Counted from the first letter of the stretch, positions 18,448-28,197 are shown. The stretch is DNA of 64,000 nt from Oscillospiraceae bacterium (GCA_009780025.1 WRAV01000002.1:38126-102125); one strand, 5' to 3'. The notes: generated by a model from the letters alone, not told the origin. Numbers and translations are program-made.

Positions 18448-19962
18448 CTAGCTAGCTTCGATAATCCGCACAGGGTATGGGCGTGGCTCGGTGGTGCCGT
18501 CACCCAGCACAGCGTAGTCCTCCAGGCCTAACCAAACGGAGTTCACGCCCCAGGCGTAGACCGCGCCGCTCTCGGTCAACGCAAATGTTCTAAATCCGTT
18601 TATCCAGCCGTGGTCAAGCACAAAATAAGCTGGGGCAACGGCCACCACATTCTCCAGTATCTTTACAGGCGAGAGGGCAATCTCAGTGCCGCCGTCATCA
18701 TCCAAAAGCCATCTTACCACTTCTTCCATTCTCTCTTCGTCAAAAACTTGCTCCCACATATGGCGCTTCGCGTCACCCAAAGAGAATGTCGATCCGTCCC
18801 CGATGAGAGCGCCTCCGGCATTCCCCCAGCCCCAAAGCGTGCCGTCATTGGTTATTACGTAGGCTGTGTTGCCCATCACTGTTATTGACACGACATCTTC
18901 CAAAATCGCAACCGGCTCGTCTCTATCAACACCTGTGCCGTCACCAAGATTAGGAGCCGGCCACCACTGGCTGGGTATCCGGTTGCGGCCCCAGGCCCAA
19001 AGCACGTTATCTGTGGTTATGGCAAAGCCAACTCCCCGAGCTGCGGCTGCGTATACAACGTCATCCATAACCCAGGCGGGCTCCGGCATCGCGACGGTAT
19101 TAACAAAAGCTGTCCAGGTTGGCTCCAGCCCAAGGGTCCACAGCTCGCCGCCTGTGGTTATGGCAAACCAAGCGCAGTGGGATATCGACGCCACATTTTC
19201 CAAAATCGGCGCGGGGTACAGCTGGGTGTTATCAGCGTGCCACCACGGCCCATTCCATCTATATACAACGCCGTCACCGGTTAAGGCAAGGCCGCCGCTG
19301 TTTGTGGGTACGACATCCACCACGTTCTCCAAAATCTGCACTGGCGAGTAGCGGGGCTCGGTGGCGCCGTCACCCAAAGCGACATCAGCCGCGTCAAATC
19401 TGCCACTCAGCCCCCAGGCCCACAGGGTACCGTCCGAGCGAATGGCATACGAGCGATAACCGCCGTTGCTTGCATGGCTGTTGGGCACGTCGGTCGGCAT
19501 GGCCACATAGACCACGTCATCCATGATTCTCACCGGTGAAAGGCGTGTCTCGGTGGTGCCATCGCCCAGCTGTCCAAACCCGTTGCCGCCCCAGGCCCAC
19601 AACGCCCCGTCGGTGGTTATCGCAAACGAATGGTAATGTCCCGCCACCGCAAAAGCCACGTCCTCCATTATCATTACCGGTAGGCTGCGACTTTCGGTGG
19701 TGCCATCACCGATAGGACCGATGCCCCAGCCCCAAAGGCTACCGTCCTCCATCAGTGCTAACGTGTGCTCACAGGCCGCAGAAATCGCCACTGCACCGCT
19801 GGGTTGCCGGAGCGCGTCGGGCTTGGATTCTTCCTCCAGCTCCGGCGGATACTCAGCCGCAACCTCAGTTTCGAGCAAATCGGCCTCAGGCGGCAGCTCC
19901 GTTTGACCGCAAGCCGCTAGCAGAATCACTAGCGCCAGCAAAATACAGCTTATCGCCTTCAT
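18448..19962 (-). CDS. RCC1-repeat (beta-propeller) lipoprotein
   Basis: Lipobox LAAC; repeated A(I/L)TxDGxLW(A/G)WG and LGDGT...SPV(R/K)I units. Confidence 0.85.
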   Translation of the reverse strand: MKAISCILLALVILLAACGQTELPPEADLLETEVAAEYPPELEEESKPDALRQPSGAVAISAACEHTLALMEDGSLWGWGIGPIGDGTTESRSLPVMIMEDVAFAVAGHYHSFAITTDGALWAWGGNGFGQLGDGTTETRLSPVRIMDDVVYVAMPTDVPNSHASNGGYRSYAIRSDGTLWAWGLSGRFDAADVALGDGATEPRYSPVQILENVVDVVPTNSGGLALTGDGVVYRWNGPWWHADNTQLYPAPILENVASISHCAWFAITTGGELWTLGLEPTWTAFVNTVAMPEPAWVMDDVVYAAAARGVGFAITTDNVLWAWGRNRIPSQWWPAPNLGDGTGVDRDEPVAILEDVVSITVMGNTAYVITNDGTLWGWGNAGGALIGDGSTFSLGDAKRHMWEQVFDEERMEEVVRWLLDDDGGTEIALSPVKILENVVAVAPAYFVLDHGWINGFRTFALTESGAVYAWGVNSVWLGLEDYAVLGDGTTEPRPYPVRIIEAS

Positions 19963-21206
19963 TACGCATCTCCTTGTTCCCTGCGCAGCATAGCGCCCGC
20001 CGGCAACCGCAGTTCGGATTTGATGCGCACCTTCATCATCGCGTGTCGGGCTACCTCGATGGGTTGGCCTTCTTCGTCGAGCATCTCCCCAACTGTCAGG
20101 GTTACCGGTGGGCTTCCGGGCAGCAGCGCCTCAAGCTGCTCTCCTTTTGCAAAGCGGTTGCGCTCGGTACAGAGAATATAGCCGTTTTCCCAACCGTCGA
20201 CGCTGGCTACCAGCTGCCATGCGCGGCGGTACCCGCCCCGCACCCTGTCTTCATCAGGTGGGCTCTCACGCAGGTAAAAACCAGTGGAATAGGGTCGGTG
20301 GCTAATTTTCTCCACTTCGTCGCGTAGCCACTGAGGTAATGTGTAGCCCTCGCCCTGCTCCGCCAGGGTATCCAGCGCCCCCCGGTAAGCACCGGTTACG
20401 GCCGCCACGTAGTAGGCCGACTTGGCCCGCCCCTCAATTTTCAGGCTGCCAACACCGGCAGCAACAAGCTTGTCCAGGCGTTCGATCATGCAGAGGTCGT
20501 TTGCATTGAACAGGTAGGTATAGCCGTCCTCCTCGTATACAGGGAGGTACTGCCCCTGGCGCGAGCGCTCCATCAGCGCATAATCCCAGCGGCAGGGCTG
20601 AGCACACTCGCCTCGATTGGCGTCCCGCCCGGTAAGATAATTAGAGATCACGCACCGCCCCGAAACCGAAACACACATCGCCCCGTGCACAAAAGCCTCA
20701 AGACAGAGCTCAGGCGGCGTCTTTTGCCTAATCTCGGCTATTTCCTCCAATGTGAGCTCCCGAGCAAGGACAACACGGCTGGCACCCATATCGTAAAGTT
20801 GCCGGGCTGTCAGGTAGTTCACCACTCCAAACTGGGTGGAAATATGAATATCAAGGCTCGGTTCCAGCTGCTTGGCAAGGGCCAAAACCCCCACATCAGC
20901 CACAATAAGACCGTCAACCCCTGCCCCAACCGCCGCGTGTATAAACTCCGGCAGCTCGTCCAGCTCCCGGCCACGGGGCAAGGTATTGCAGGTCAGGTAT
21001 AGCCGCGCCCCGTATTGGTGTGCAAGCTCGACCGCACCCGCAAGCTCGTCCAGCTCAAAGTTGGCCGCCTTGGCACGCATACCAAAAGCTTTCGCGCCCA
21101 GGTATACAGCGTCGGCTCCGTATCGCAAAGCCGCAAGCAGCGCCTCACTATCACCGGCGGGAGAAAGAAGTTCGGCTGGGACGGTACGTTTGTGCTTGGT
21201 TTTCAA
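19962..21206 (-). CDS. U32-family peptidase-like protein (TrhP-like, tRNA hydroxylation)
   Basis: ELLSPAG, GADAVY, HISTQ, FVHGAMC...SGRC, NRGECAQPCRW, SLKIEGR; TTG start with GAGGTG RBS. Confidence 0.9.
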   Translation of the reverse strand: MKTKHKRTVPAELLSPAGDSEALLAALRYGADAVYLGAKAFGMRAKAANFELDELAGAVELAHQYGARLYLTCNTLPRGRELDELPEFIHAAVGAGVDGLIVADVGVLALAKQLEPSLDIHISTQFGVVNYLTARQLYDMGASRVVLARELTLEEIAEIRQKTPPELCLEAFVHGAMCVSVSGRCVISNYLTGRDANRGECAQPCRWDYALMERSRQGQYLPVYEEDGYTYLFNANDLCMIERLDKLVAAGVGSLKIEGRAKSAYYVAAVTGAYRGALDTLAEQGEGYTLPQWLRDEVEKISHRPYSTGFYLRESPPDEDRVRGGYRRAWQLVASVDGWENGYILCTERNRFAKGEQLEALLPGSPPVTLTVGEMLDEEGQPIEVARHAMMKVRIKSELRLPAGAMLRREQGDA

Positions 21207-21247
21207 TTATCTGCCACCTCGATTGTGATTCTGCGTTGCTCTTACTT

Positions 21248-21308
21248 GTAGGCATGAAAATCCTGCCCCAGACATGGACAACGGGCGGGGATGGAACCCC
21301 GCCCCTAC
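21248..21308. repeat. GTAG-REP element plus a degenerate inverted partner
   Basis: Minus strand GTAGGGGCGGGGTTCCATCCCCGCCCG (21282-21308) is identical to 55120-55146. A decayed partner GTAGG..ATCCTGCCCC lies at 21248-21269. Confidence 0.85.
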
Positions 21309-21318
21309 ACCTATCCTT

Positions 21319-22695
21319 TTACCTATAATGCGGCGTGTCAATCCCGCCGATTTCGTCACCGACGCTGAGCGCCTGGGCAATATTTTGCTGGTGTTGCGCA
21401 TAGGTCACAGCGTAGTAAAAGTCGCCGTTTACATCGGTCACAAAGAAGAAGAAGTTTACCTGCGTGCGCTCGGGGTGGAGCGCGGCCATTATTGCGTCCA
21501 TGCCCGGGTTGCAGACCGGCCCGATAGGCAAACCTTCTGTCACATAAGTGTCGTAGGCGTCTAGCAGGGCTTGGTTGCGCACGGTTAGGCGAGGCAAAAT
21601 TTCTTCATCGATATACCGCCAGGTGACATCCGACTCAAGCCTTGGGAAGTTAGGCGAGTTCAGGCGGTTGTGGAAGACCGAGCTTACAATTCGCATGTCG
21701 TCGCTGAACCCGGCTTCCCGCTGGATAATCGAAGCCAGGGTTATGGTCTCATCCACAGTTAGGCCCATATACTCCATCCGGGCAAGCATCTGCGGGGTCA
21801 TCACCCGGTCATTGAAGTTGCGCAAAAACTTTCGGGCCACACTGCCCACGTTTTCCCCGACATAGAAGTCGTAGGTGTCCGGGAAGAGGTAGCCTTCCAG
21901 CATGTGGAAACGATGGGGGTGTCTGTCTATCATATTAAAGAACTCGAACCCGAAGTCGGCGGTGCCCAGGTATTCGATAAAGACCTCGGCGTCCACCACC
22001 CCGTGTTCCTCAAGGTGGAGGGCGTAATCCCAGAGCGTCCAGCCTTCTATGAAAGTTAGGCGCACGACCTCCCGCACGGTGCGCCCGGTCATCATAGCGC
22101 GGATTACTTCGTCGTAACTCATCCGCGCGTTGAAGATGTAATCCCCAGGCAGCAAGTTCTCTTCCTGTACCGAGCGGAAGTTGAGGTAAAACCTGAATGT
22201 CGTCGGGTGGTTCACCACACCTGCCTGCCCCAGAATTCTCACAACATCGGAGATTCCGGCGTCTTGTGGTATTGTCACTTCGATCTGCCTGTCTTCCTGG
22301 TTTAGACCAAGCAGGTCGAATGCGCTCTGGACAAGAAAAATAGATACAAAAAGGCAGATCGCCAAGGTAGACGCCACCATAACCATGGCCACAAACCAGC
22401 GCCCGCGCGGTCTGCCGCGCCCGCCTCTGGGCTGGCCCTGGTTGTCGTCCTCACCAGGTTGGTGGTTGTAGTTTTCCGGCGGGTAGGTCGACCTGCCACC
22501 ACCAGAATGTGGCGGCACAGCTCCCTGTCGCCCTTCAGCGGGATACCTCACCGGGCGCTGTTTCGGCGGCTCGTGCAATGGACGCACCGGCGAACGGCCT
22601 CGGTTTCCCTCTGCCTGGTAAGCCCCGGCCTGCTGCCGCAAAGCGCGCTGCTCCGCGCCTGTGGGCTGCCTGCCGGGCAGGTTCTCTCTATCCAT
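21319..22695 (-). CDS. mltG: Endolytic transglycosylase
   Basis: LEGYLFPDTY, LASIIQRE, VFHNRL, LESD, GLPIGPVCNPG, FFFVTD, YYAVTYAQH; disordered N-terminus followed by a TM helix. Confidence 0.93.
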   Translation of the reverse strand: MDRENLPGRQPTGAEQRALRQQAGAYQAEGNRGRSPVRPLHEPPKQRPVRYPAEGRQGAVPPHSGGGRSTYPPENYNHQPGEDDNQGQPRGGRGRPRGRWFVAMVMVASTLAICLFVSIFLVQSAFDLLGLNQEDRQIEVTIPQDAGISDVVRILGQAGVVNHPTTFRFYLNFRSVQEENLLPGDYIFNARMSYDEVIRAMMTGRTVREVVRLTFIEGWTLWDYALHLEEHGVVDAEVFIEYLGTADFGFEFFNMIDRHPHRFHMLEGYLFPDTYDFYVGENVGSVARKFLRNFNDRVMTPQMLARMEYMGLTVDETITLASIIQREAGFSDDMRIVSSVFHNRLNSPNFPRLESDVTWRYIDEEILPRLTVRNQALLDAYDTYVTEGLPIGPVCNPGMDAIMAALHPERTQVNFFFFVTDVNGDFYYAVTYAQHQQNIAQALSVGDEIGGIDTPHYR

Positions 22696-22880
22696 AAAAG
22701 ACCTCCAAAACTATCGCGGTTTTTCTTATTTTCCCACATAAGCCCACCGGCAACCGGCCGCTTCTTTGAGTTTTCCCCAAAAAGCATTGGTTATGGGGGT
22801 GCGGGACCGGCTGGGCACCTCACACATCGGCCCTGGCGGGAATAGTATGTAGCATCACTGAAAGAAGGAGGACACACGGA

Positions 22881-23015
22881 ATGCATAGAAGTTCATGCTG
22901 CAACGACTGCTGCGACAGCGGCGGCGGGTTCGGCGGATTCGGCGGGTTCGGAGGTTCCAACTGCTGCTGGATTATCATCCTCTTAGTTATCCTGTTCGTC
23001 TGCTGCGGACGCTAA
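22881..23015 (+). CDS. 44-aa Cys/Gly-rich small membrane protein, probably spore-associated
   Basis: Not in the ORF track. MHRSSCCNDCCDSGGGFGGFGGFGGSNCCWIIILLVILFVCCGR; strong AAGGAGG RBS and its own terminator. Confidence 0.8.
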   Translation: MHRSSCCNDCCDSGGGFGGFGGFGGSNCCWIIILLVILFVCCGR

Positions 23016-23056
23016 GTCACAAAGTCGTACATAATGGACGTTAAAAGATACCTTAT

Positions 23057-23092
23057 CCGGAAGCCCCCACTGTGGGGCTTCCGGCCTTTTTT
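23057..23092. terminator. Intrinsic terminator after the small ORF (shared with the convergent gene)
   Basis: CCGGAAGCCCC-cactgt-GGGGCTTCCGG-cc-TTTTTT. Confidence 0.85.
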
Positions 23093-23681
23093 AGCTGCTT
23101 TGTATTGCTCCCGCTTCTGTCACCAGATACCCGCATGGCCGGTCGTAGTTGCCTCGGGGCAGCTCCCCAACTGTGCAGATGCTGTAGCAGGCCATAGCCG
23201 TTTGGCCCCCGCTGTACGGCCCGCTCAAAAAGCGGTCGTAATACCCGCCGCCGTACCCCAGGCGAAACCCCTGGCCGTCGAATGCGTAACCCGGCACCAG
23301 GCAAAGACCGCCGGTAAAGTCTGTTAGCTTTTCCTGGCGGAGTGGGTCGGGCTCCATAATCTGCATATCTCCCAAGGTAAGTTTATCATCCCTGCCCACG
23401 AGGTAAAATTCCATAACGCCCAGGGCGTCGGGCAGGCAGTATGGCAGCGCCACCCGTTTGCCCTGCCCCCAAGCGTGCTCGAGCAGAGGGCGGGTGTCTA
23501 TTTCCCCGGTGGTGGGCATGTAGCAGAGCAGGGTGTGGGATTCCCGATAAACGGGAAGGTCTATGATATGTGCGATAATCGCGGCGTCCCACTCCGCCTT
23601 TTGCTTGGGCGAAATCCCCGCTCGCAGCGCCTTAAAGTGGGCGCGCAAGCGCTTTTTTTCAAAGTAAACTTCGGCGCTCAT
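23091..23681 (-). CDS. 5-formyltetrahydrofolate cyclo-ligase
   Basis: K..LR, GEIDT, LVPGYAFD..GFRLGYGGGYYDRFL. Confidence 0.93.
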   Translation of the reverse strand: MSAEVYFEKKRLRAHFKALRAGISPKQKAEWDAAIIAHIIDLPVYRESHTLLCYMPTTGEIDTRPLLEHAWGQGKRVALPYCLPDALGVMEFYLVGRDDKLTLGDMQIMEPDPLRQEKLTDFTGGLCLVPGYAFDGQGFRLGYGGGYYDRFLSGPYSGGQTAMACYSICTVGELPRGNYDRPCGYLVTEAGAIQSS

Positions 23682-24208
23682 TGCAGGTTCAACTCAATCT
23701 TGTGGGCTGTGGCTTCGTCCACCAGCACCCTAACAATCTCCAACGCAAACGGGATGGAACAGCCAGGGCCCTTCGCCGTTATCAGCTGTCCGTCGCGCTC
23801 TACCCGCGCGCCAGTGTATTCGCCCTCCACAAGCTTTTCAAAACCGGGAAAACAGGTGAAGCGCTTGCCCACGAGCAAACCCATCCGACCCAGTATTGAA
23901 GGCGCGGCGCAGATAGCGCAGATAAGCAGATCACGCTGGACGCAGTAGTCGATGGCTGTACGCACAACCTCAGATTTTTCCAGGTTTAGGGTGCCGGGCA
24001 TACCGCCGGGCAGCACGATGCCCCGGACGCCCGCAAGGCTGAGCTCGCTGTCCTCGAGATCACAGACCACCGGTATACCGTGAGAGCCGGTAATTGTTTT
24101 GCCACCAATGCCCACCGACTTGACCGGGGTCTCTGCCCGGCGGAGCATATCCAGGGTGCAGACAGCCTCGGTCTCTTCAAATCCCGGTGCGAAGAACATG
24201 TACAGCAT
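23678..24208 (-). CDS. DJ-1/PfpI (YajL/ThiJ-like) glyoxalase/deglycase
   Basis: GFEETEA, LPGGMPG, AICAAP, ITAKGPG. Confidence 0.92.
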   Translation of the reverse strand: MLYMFFAPGFEETEAVCTLDMLRRAETPVKSVGIGGKTITGSHGIPVVCDLEDSELSLAGVRGIVLPGGMPGTLNLEKSEVVRTAIDYCVQRDLLICAICAAPSILGRMGLLVGKRFTCFPGFEKLVEGEYTGARVERDGQLITAKGPGCSIPFALEIVRVLVDEATAHKIELNLQ

Positions 24209-24263
24209 GAATGTGGCCTCCTTTTGTTGTCTGGCGGTAAAGGGTCTTTTATCTTATTGCAGT

Positions 24264-25154
24264 CTAGCTGTCCAAACCGAATGCGAACCAAGAAGCACTG
24301 CCTATATTGGCAGCCTGTGTGTCTTCCTTATAATACCATTTTGTCATGGCAAAAGGCAAGGTTTGTGTTTGCCATTTGTCGGGCAGCGCAAAATCGGTGG
24401 GTAGGCGCAGGTTGTAGCTCTGTGCGACATAGCGCCCATGCAGTGCGGCCAAAAAGGAGTCGAGGTTTTCTTCATCTCCCCGTGGCAGCAACACTTCCTT
24501 GACTAGGATGCCGCCCTTGCCGTCGAGGTAGCAGGCCGCATAGCCATCCCTGCCATCACCGCAGGTAAAGCGTAGAACCTCGCCACCCCAAAAGCGGCAC
24601 TCCGCGCCGGTGTAGCGCAGGTAGCCTTTGTTCCAGGCACCCAGCAGTGAACCACCAAAAGCCTTGCTGCGTCGTTCTTCAAAGTCCTCGAGGGCGGCCG
24701 GGACAACCCGCCCTCCCTGAGCGGTGGGTATCTGATCTGCGCCCACGCTCAGCAACTTGTAGTAAAACTGCGTTGCGTAGCCGCGCTGTGAGTAAAAACC
24801 AAACAAGCTCTGGCTGGCGGGTACCAGACAGCTCAGTCGCACGCCCTGCCCACGCAAAATTTCCTCGGCTTTTTCCAGCAGAGCGGTGGAAACGCCCTTG
24901 CCCCGATGTCTGGGTGAAGTGCCCACTCCGAAAATGTACGCGCCATCAAACGCCGCACCCTGTGTTGAAAATGTCAGCGGCTGCCAGCAGAGCATGGCAA
25001 TTGGCTCGGTTGTCTCGTCTGTTTGAACCAGTATATGCTCGGGACGCAGCAGGTTGTCGAATACAAAGTCGGTACCGGCGGCGGTGTCGTCAAAGCAGAT
25101 CTGCCAGAGGCTCTTTAGTTGGGGAATCATGTCTTCGGTTGCGGGTTGGATCAC
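24264..25154 (-). CDS. GNAT-family N-acetyltransferase
   Basis: YIFGVGTSPRHRGKGVSTALL acetyl-CoA motif; FYSQRGY. Confidence 0.85.
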   Translation of the reverse strand: MIQPATEDMIPQLKSLWQICFDDTAAGTDFVFDNLLRPEHILVQTDETTEPIAMLCWQPLTFSTQGAAFDGAYIFGVGTSPRHRGKGVSTALLEKAEEILRGQGVRLSCLVPASQSLFGFYSQRGYATQFYYKLLSVGADQIPTAQGGRVVPAALEDFEERRSKAFGGSLLGAWNKGYLRYTGAECRFWGGEVLRFTCGDGRDGYAACYLDGKGGILVKEVLLPRGDEENLDSFLAALHGRYVAQSYNLRLPTDFALPDKWQTQTLPFAMTKWYYKEDTQAANIGSASWFAFGLDS

Positions 25155-25167
25155 ATTGCAAACCCCC

Positions 25168-25306
25168 GTAGGGGTCGCGCCCCTGCGCGACCCGCGTATT
25201 CAAAGCTGTGGTGGCGTTTCTTGAATTCCTTAGAATTTTATGTCGCACCCCTGCGCGTCCCGCGCATTTAACGCTGCGTCACACATAACTGGGGCGCAGC
25301 CCCTAC
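25168..25306. repeat. Cluster of three REP-like units
   Basis: GTAGGGGTCGCGCCCCTGCGCGACCCG (25168-25193, +); a degenerate direct copy 68 nt downstream (25241-25268); GTAGGGGCTGCGCCCCAG (25289-25306, -), whose TAG is the stop codon of the DUF2156 gene. Confidence 0.8.
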
Positions 25307-26184
25307 CTGAGGCTAGCCTCGTACTTCTCTGTCCGCATGATCGGGTAGTAGCTCATCTTGGCCTTGCGCAGGCCCTCGTCTCCTGAGTCATCTTCGCGGT
25401 TAATATAAGTGTAGTCGGCACAGTTGTGCTCGGCAAACTGCTGGTTAATGACGGAGTAAATCCCGTGAAATTCGGTTTTGGCCTTTTCAACATGAACAAG
25501 GTAGGTGTCGTGGGTCAGTCTGTCCCCCATCGAAAAGGCGGCGATCTCGCCCCCTACTCGGATCAGGCCGCCGTCCATCTGTAAGCCGGAGTAGTCGTGC
25601 AGTGCCGCGTCTAGGGCCGCGCACTCGTGTTGCAGGCTCCTGCTCTCACACATGTTCTGCCGGCACCAATCTCGGCTCATGGCAATGACCTCGGACATAT
25701 TAAGCGGCGTTATTGCCTCGTAGCTCCAGTCGGGGTATTCGGCCTTGAAGCGGTTTATATGGTTGCGCTTGGAGTGCAGCTTTTTGCCCTTGAGCGTGAT
25801 AAGGTTCTGGGCATCGTAGATGTAGTCGTCGTATTTGGGAATGGGCTGAAAGTCAAACATATCAGGGAAGAGGGTCTCCAGCAACGCCCGCTGCTCGGCA
25901 AGAATAGTGAAGAATGTGAAGCCGTGCCCGCAGGCCTTCGCGTCTGCCACCATGGCCTCGATGACCGGCTTTACATTGCCGCTGCCCGGGGGATATAGAT
26001 AGGACTGGTCCTTCTCGCTCTTAAGCACAAGGAAACCGTCCAGCTGGGTCGCTTTGTAGCCTAATATGTTTCGCCACATGTAGGTGAAGGTAAAGCTGTA
26101 TTCTTCCGACCGGAAGGATGATTTGTCGTAGAGCGGCTGCATCCAGGCTCTGTCACCAAGGGTGATTTCTCGAAGATTTAGCAT
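25303..26184 (-). CDS. DUF2156 / phosphatidylglycerol-lysyltransferase-domain-like protein
   Basis: DYIY....L..LKGKKLHSKRNHINRF, HVEKA, YINREDDSGDEGLRKAKMSYYP. Confidence 0.85.
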   Translation of the reverse strand: MLNLREITLGDRAWMQPLYDKSSFRSEEYSFTFTYMWRNILGYKATQLDGFLVLKSEKDQSYLYPPGSGNVKPVIEAMVADAKACGHGFTFFTILAEQRALLETLFPDMFDFQPIPKYDDYIYDAQNLITLKGKKLHSKRNHINRFKAEYPDWSYEAITPLNMSEVIAMSRDWCRQNMCESRSLQHECAALDAALHDYSGLQMDGGLIRVGGEIAAFSMGDRLTHDTYLVHVEKAKTEFHGIYSVINQQFAEHNCADYTYINREDDSGDEGLRKAKMSYYPIMRTEKYEASLR

Positions 26185-26208
26185 ATTTTGGTTTAGTGTC
26201 CTTTCGCT

Positions 26209-26292
26209 TGTAGGGAACGCACACCGGGCGTCCCGCGATTTACCAGGGCCTTTTATCTATAGAACGGGACGCCCTGATGTGCGTCCCCTGCA
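26209..26292. repeat. REPIN-like inverted REP pair
   Basis: TGTAGGGAACGCACACCGGGCGTCCCG (+) and TGCAGGGGACGCACATCAGGGCGTCCCG (-), separated by about 30 nt. Confidence 0.8.
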
Positions 26293-26295
26293 AAA

Positions 26296-27039
26296 CTATC
26301 GGCTGGCTCTCGGCCTACCACAGCTCATCTTGCCCTCCGGGCATGGTGCGCTCAGGCAGGGTGGCCCCGCACCCGCGAACAACTGCGGGCTCGCCTCTTT
26401 GCAAAGGCTGAGCATTTCTTCGGCCAGGGCGCGTATCTCCCACTGGGCGCGCTCGCAGCACCGCTGGGCAAAAAAACCGCGCAATGCCCGGGCGTTCATG
26501 GTCAGCACCATCTTGGTCTCACATGCGTTTGGCAAGGCAAATCTGGCGTCCTCTATGGCCTGTTTTTTGGCGGCGGCAAGCTTGTCCGCACTGGCTGCGC
26601 CTTTAGTCTCCAATTGGGCTTTATAGCGAGTGTAAAGAGCCTCCGCAAGATTATTATAGGCCGCTCCCGCAGCTTCCATGCTTTGCTCGAAGGCCGCTCT
26701 TGCGACAGCGTCTTCGGCGATGCTTGGCGGGGTGACGTAGCCGAAGTCCTCAAGACCAACATATCGCTGGCTTTGTACACTGAACGAGGCTATCCTATGT
26801 CGGGTAATTTGGGCCAGTAGCGCCCGCGAAACCTCCTCAATCCCAAAAGTAAAAACGGCATGCTCTAATGGGCTATGATGACCCAGGCCCATCAGCCGCT
26901 CTAAAAATACCGCGGTCTTCTCGTCGGTGAGGCCGTCCAGCAGGTCGGCAATATCCGCCGCGCTGTAACAGAGCTTAGCAGCGGCTGCTACTATTTTTTC
27001 AGGGTTTGGGGTATGGGTAAGCAGGGTTACACTGGGCAT
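26296..27039 (-). CDS. thyX: FAD-dependent thymidylate synthase
   Basis: GHHSPLEHA, SRALLAQITRHRIASFSVQSQRY, EDARFALP, MNARAL, RAQWEIR. Confidence 0.96.
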   Translation of the reverse strand: MPSVTLLTHTPNPEKIVAAAAKLCYSAADIADLLDGLTDEKTAVFLERLMGLGHHSPLEHAVFTFGIEEVSRALLAQITRHRIASFSVQSQRYVGLEDFGYVTPPSIAEDAVARAAFEQSMEAAGAAYNNLAEALYTRYKAQLETKGAASADKLAAAKKQAIEDARFALPNACETKMVLTMNARALRGFFAQRCCERAQWEIRALAEEMLSLCKEASPQLFAGAGPPCLSAPCPEGKMSCGRPRASR

Positions 27040-27085
27040 TTATATGCTCCTTTGGGACAGGCTGGGGGCTATGTCGCACATTGGT

Positions 27086-27114
27086 AGTATACACCATTTC
27101 TAGCGTTTTTTCAA
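27086..27114 (-). promoter_or_regulatory. sigma-A promoter for thyX
   Basis: TTGAAA-17 nt-TATACT. Confidence 0.65.
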
Positions 27115-27207
27115 GTTTAGCGTTGCGAGTACTTCCCTGCCAATGTTATAATGGTTAAGTTTGGTGGCAGCTGCAAAGCTTTTCAAAATTTGGGGGAGGT
27201 AGCAAGC

Positions 27208-27423
27208 GTGTTTGAGTATAAAAGCGTGGCTTTGAGTATCCACAAAGAAATGAAGGGGCTCAAGCTGGTAAAAACAATTGTCGACCATGTAGACACGGCG
27301 AAGCTTGACGAATTGATTAACAAGCAAGCGACAGAGGGCTGGGAGCTGGTTGCCCACTCTTCGGTAGTGGATACCGTTATTGGGCGCGTCAATGCCATAG
27401 TTACGTTTAGAAGGCCAAAGTAG
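27208..27423 (+). CDS. Small DUF4177-like protein
   Basis: GTG start 27208 with GGAGGT RBS; FEYK...LDELINKQATEGWELV...VTFRR. Confidence 0.75.
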   Translation: MFEYKSVALSIHKEMKGLKLVKTIVDHVDTAKLDELINKQATEGWELVAHSSVVDTVIGRVNAIVTFRRPK

Positions 27424-27442
27424 AACGAGTTTTCCGCATACG

Positions 27443-27479
27443 CGTAAGCGGATACCCCTGTGTGGGGTATCCGCTTACG
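27443..27479. terminator. Perfect 16-bp hairpin between convergent genes
   Basis: CGTAAGCGGATACCCC-tgtgt-GGGGTATCCGCTTACG. Confidence 0.8.
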
Positions 27480-27498
27480 TAGTTTTGGCAGATATCCT

Positions 27499-28197
27499 TT
27501 ATCTGCAGGCACACCTTCTTCGTCTGCCGCGGAACTGCTCTTCTGGGAAGCGAATAGTCTCGAAGACCTCGCAGTCGGAGCGCTCGGTGGTATTTGAGCA
27601 TCTTCTCTCAGTAAGGGCGGCAGCTCTCTCCAAAACCGAGGCCGGTACGGCCAGCCGGGCCGGACGATCAAGTGAGGTCACGCTGAAAATCCCCATGGTG
27701 ATAAGCACAGCCTTGCCTGTGGGAACCTCCGCCAGCCGGCAACTGAGCACCACCGGCTCCGCCATCTGGAGAGATGCCTGGGGCAGCGCTGTTGAATGCT
27801 CGCCGCCTGAGCGGAATACACTGGCGCCACAATCGCCGCCGAAAAGTATGTCGCGCTTTTGGATGTATGTAGTGCCGCTCACGCAGTGCGGCCTATCCTC
27901 CCGGGAGAGGAAAGCGTCAACTCTCACACGGAAGCGCATAGCCATATCCACCGTGAAGCAGCCCTCCCGCAGGGGGATTGGCTCAACTTCAAAGTCGACT
28001 GCTTCCAGCTCGGCCATCGGGTTTCTTACCAGTACGCAGTTCTCGATTATTATCTGGTCTTTTTCCTCGAAGAACACCTGCAAGTCCTCGAGACATTCCC
28101 GCTCGCAACAAGAATCCATAACCTGCTCGGCGGAAAATGTAGCCGCCGGCCCACCAAAGCGGGCGGAGGTCGTGTCGAATCTAGATGATCTGCACAT
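27499..28197 (-). CDS. Conserved clostridial Cys-rich hypothetical protein (putative spore-coat family)
   Basis: AGGAGG RBS. DSCCERECLEDL, ILFG, EPVVL, ITMGIFSV, CEVFETIRFP resemble a clostridial sporulation-linked family (recalled, not searched). Confidence 0.6.
   Translation of the reverse strand: MCRSSRFDTTSARFGGPAATFSAEQVMDSCCERECLEDLQVFFEEKDQIIIENCVLVRNPMAELEAVDFEVEPIPLREGCFTVDMAMRFRVRVDAFLSREDRPHCVSGTTYIQKRDILFGGDCGASVFRSGGEHSTALPQASLQMAEPVVLSCRLAEVPTGKAVLITMGIFSVTSLDRPARLAVPASVLERAAALTERRCSNTTERSDCEVFETIRFPEEQFRGRRRRCACR

Noticed and set aside
25540-25557. GTAGGGG words inside coding regions (DUF2156 RVGGE; also dnaE PGRGS near 49420)
   Set aside because: They encode conserved residues and lack the full REP palindrome, so they are treated as chance matches.
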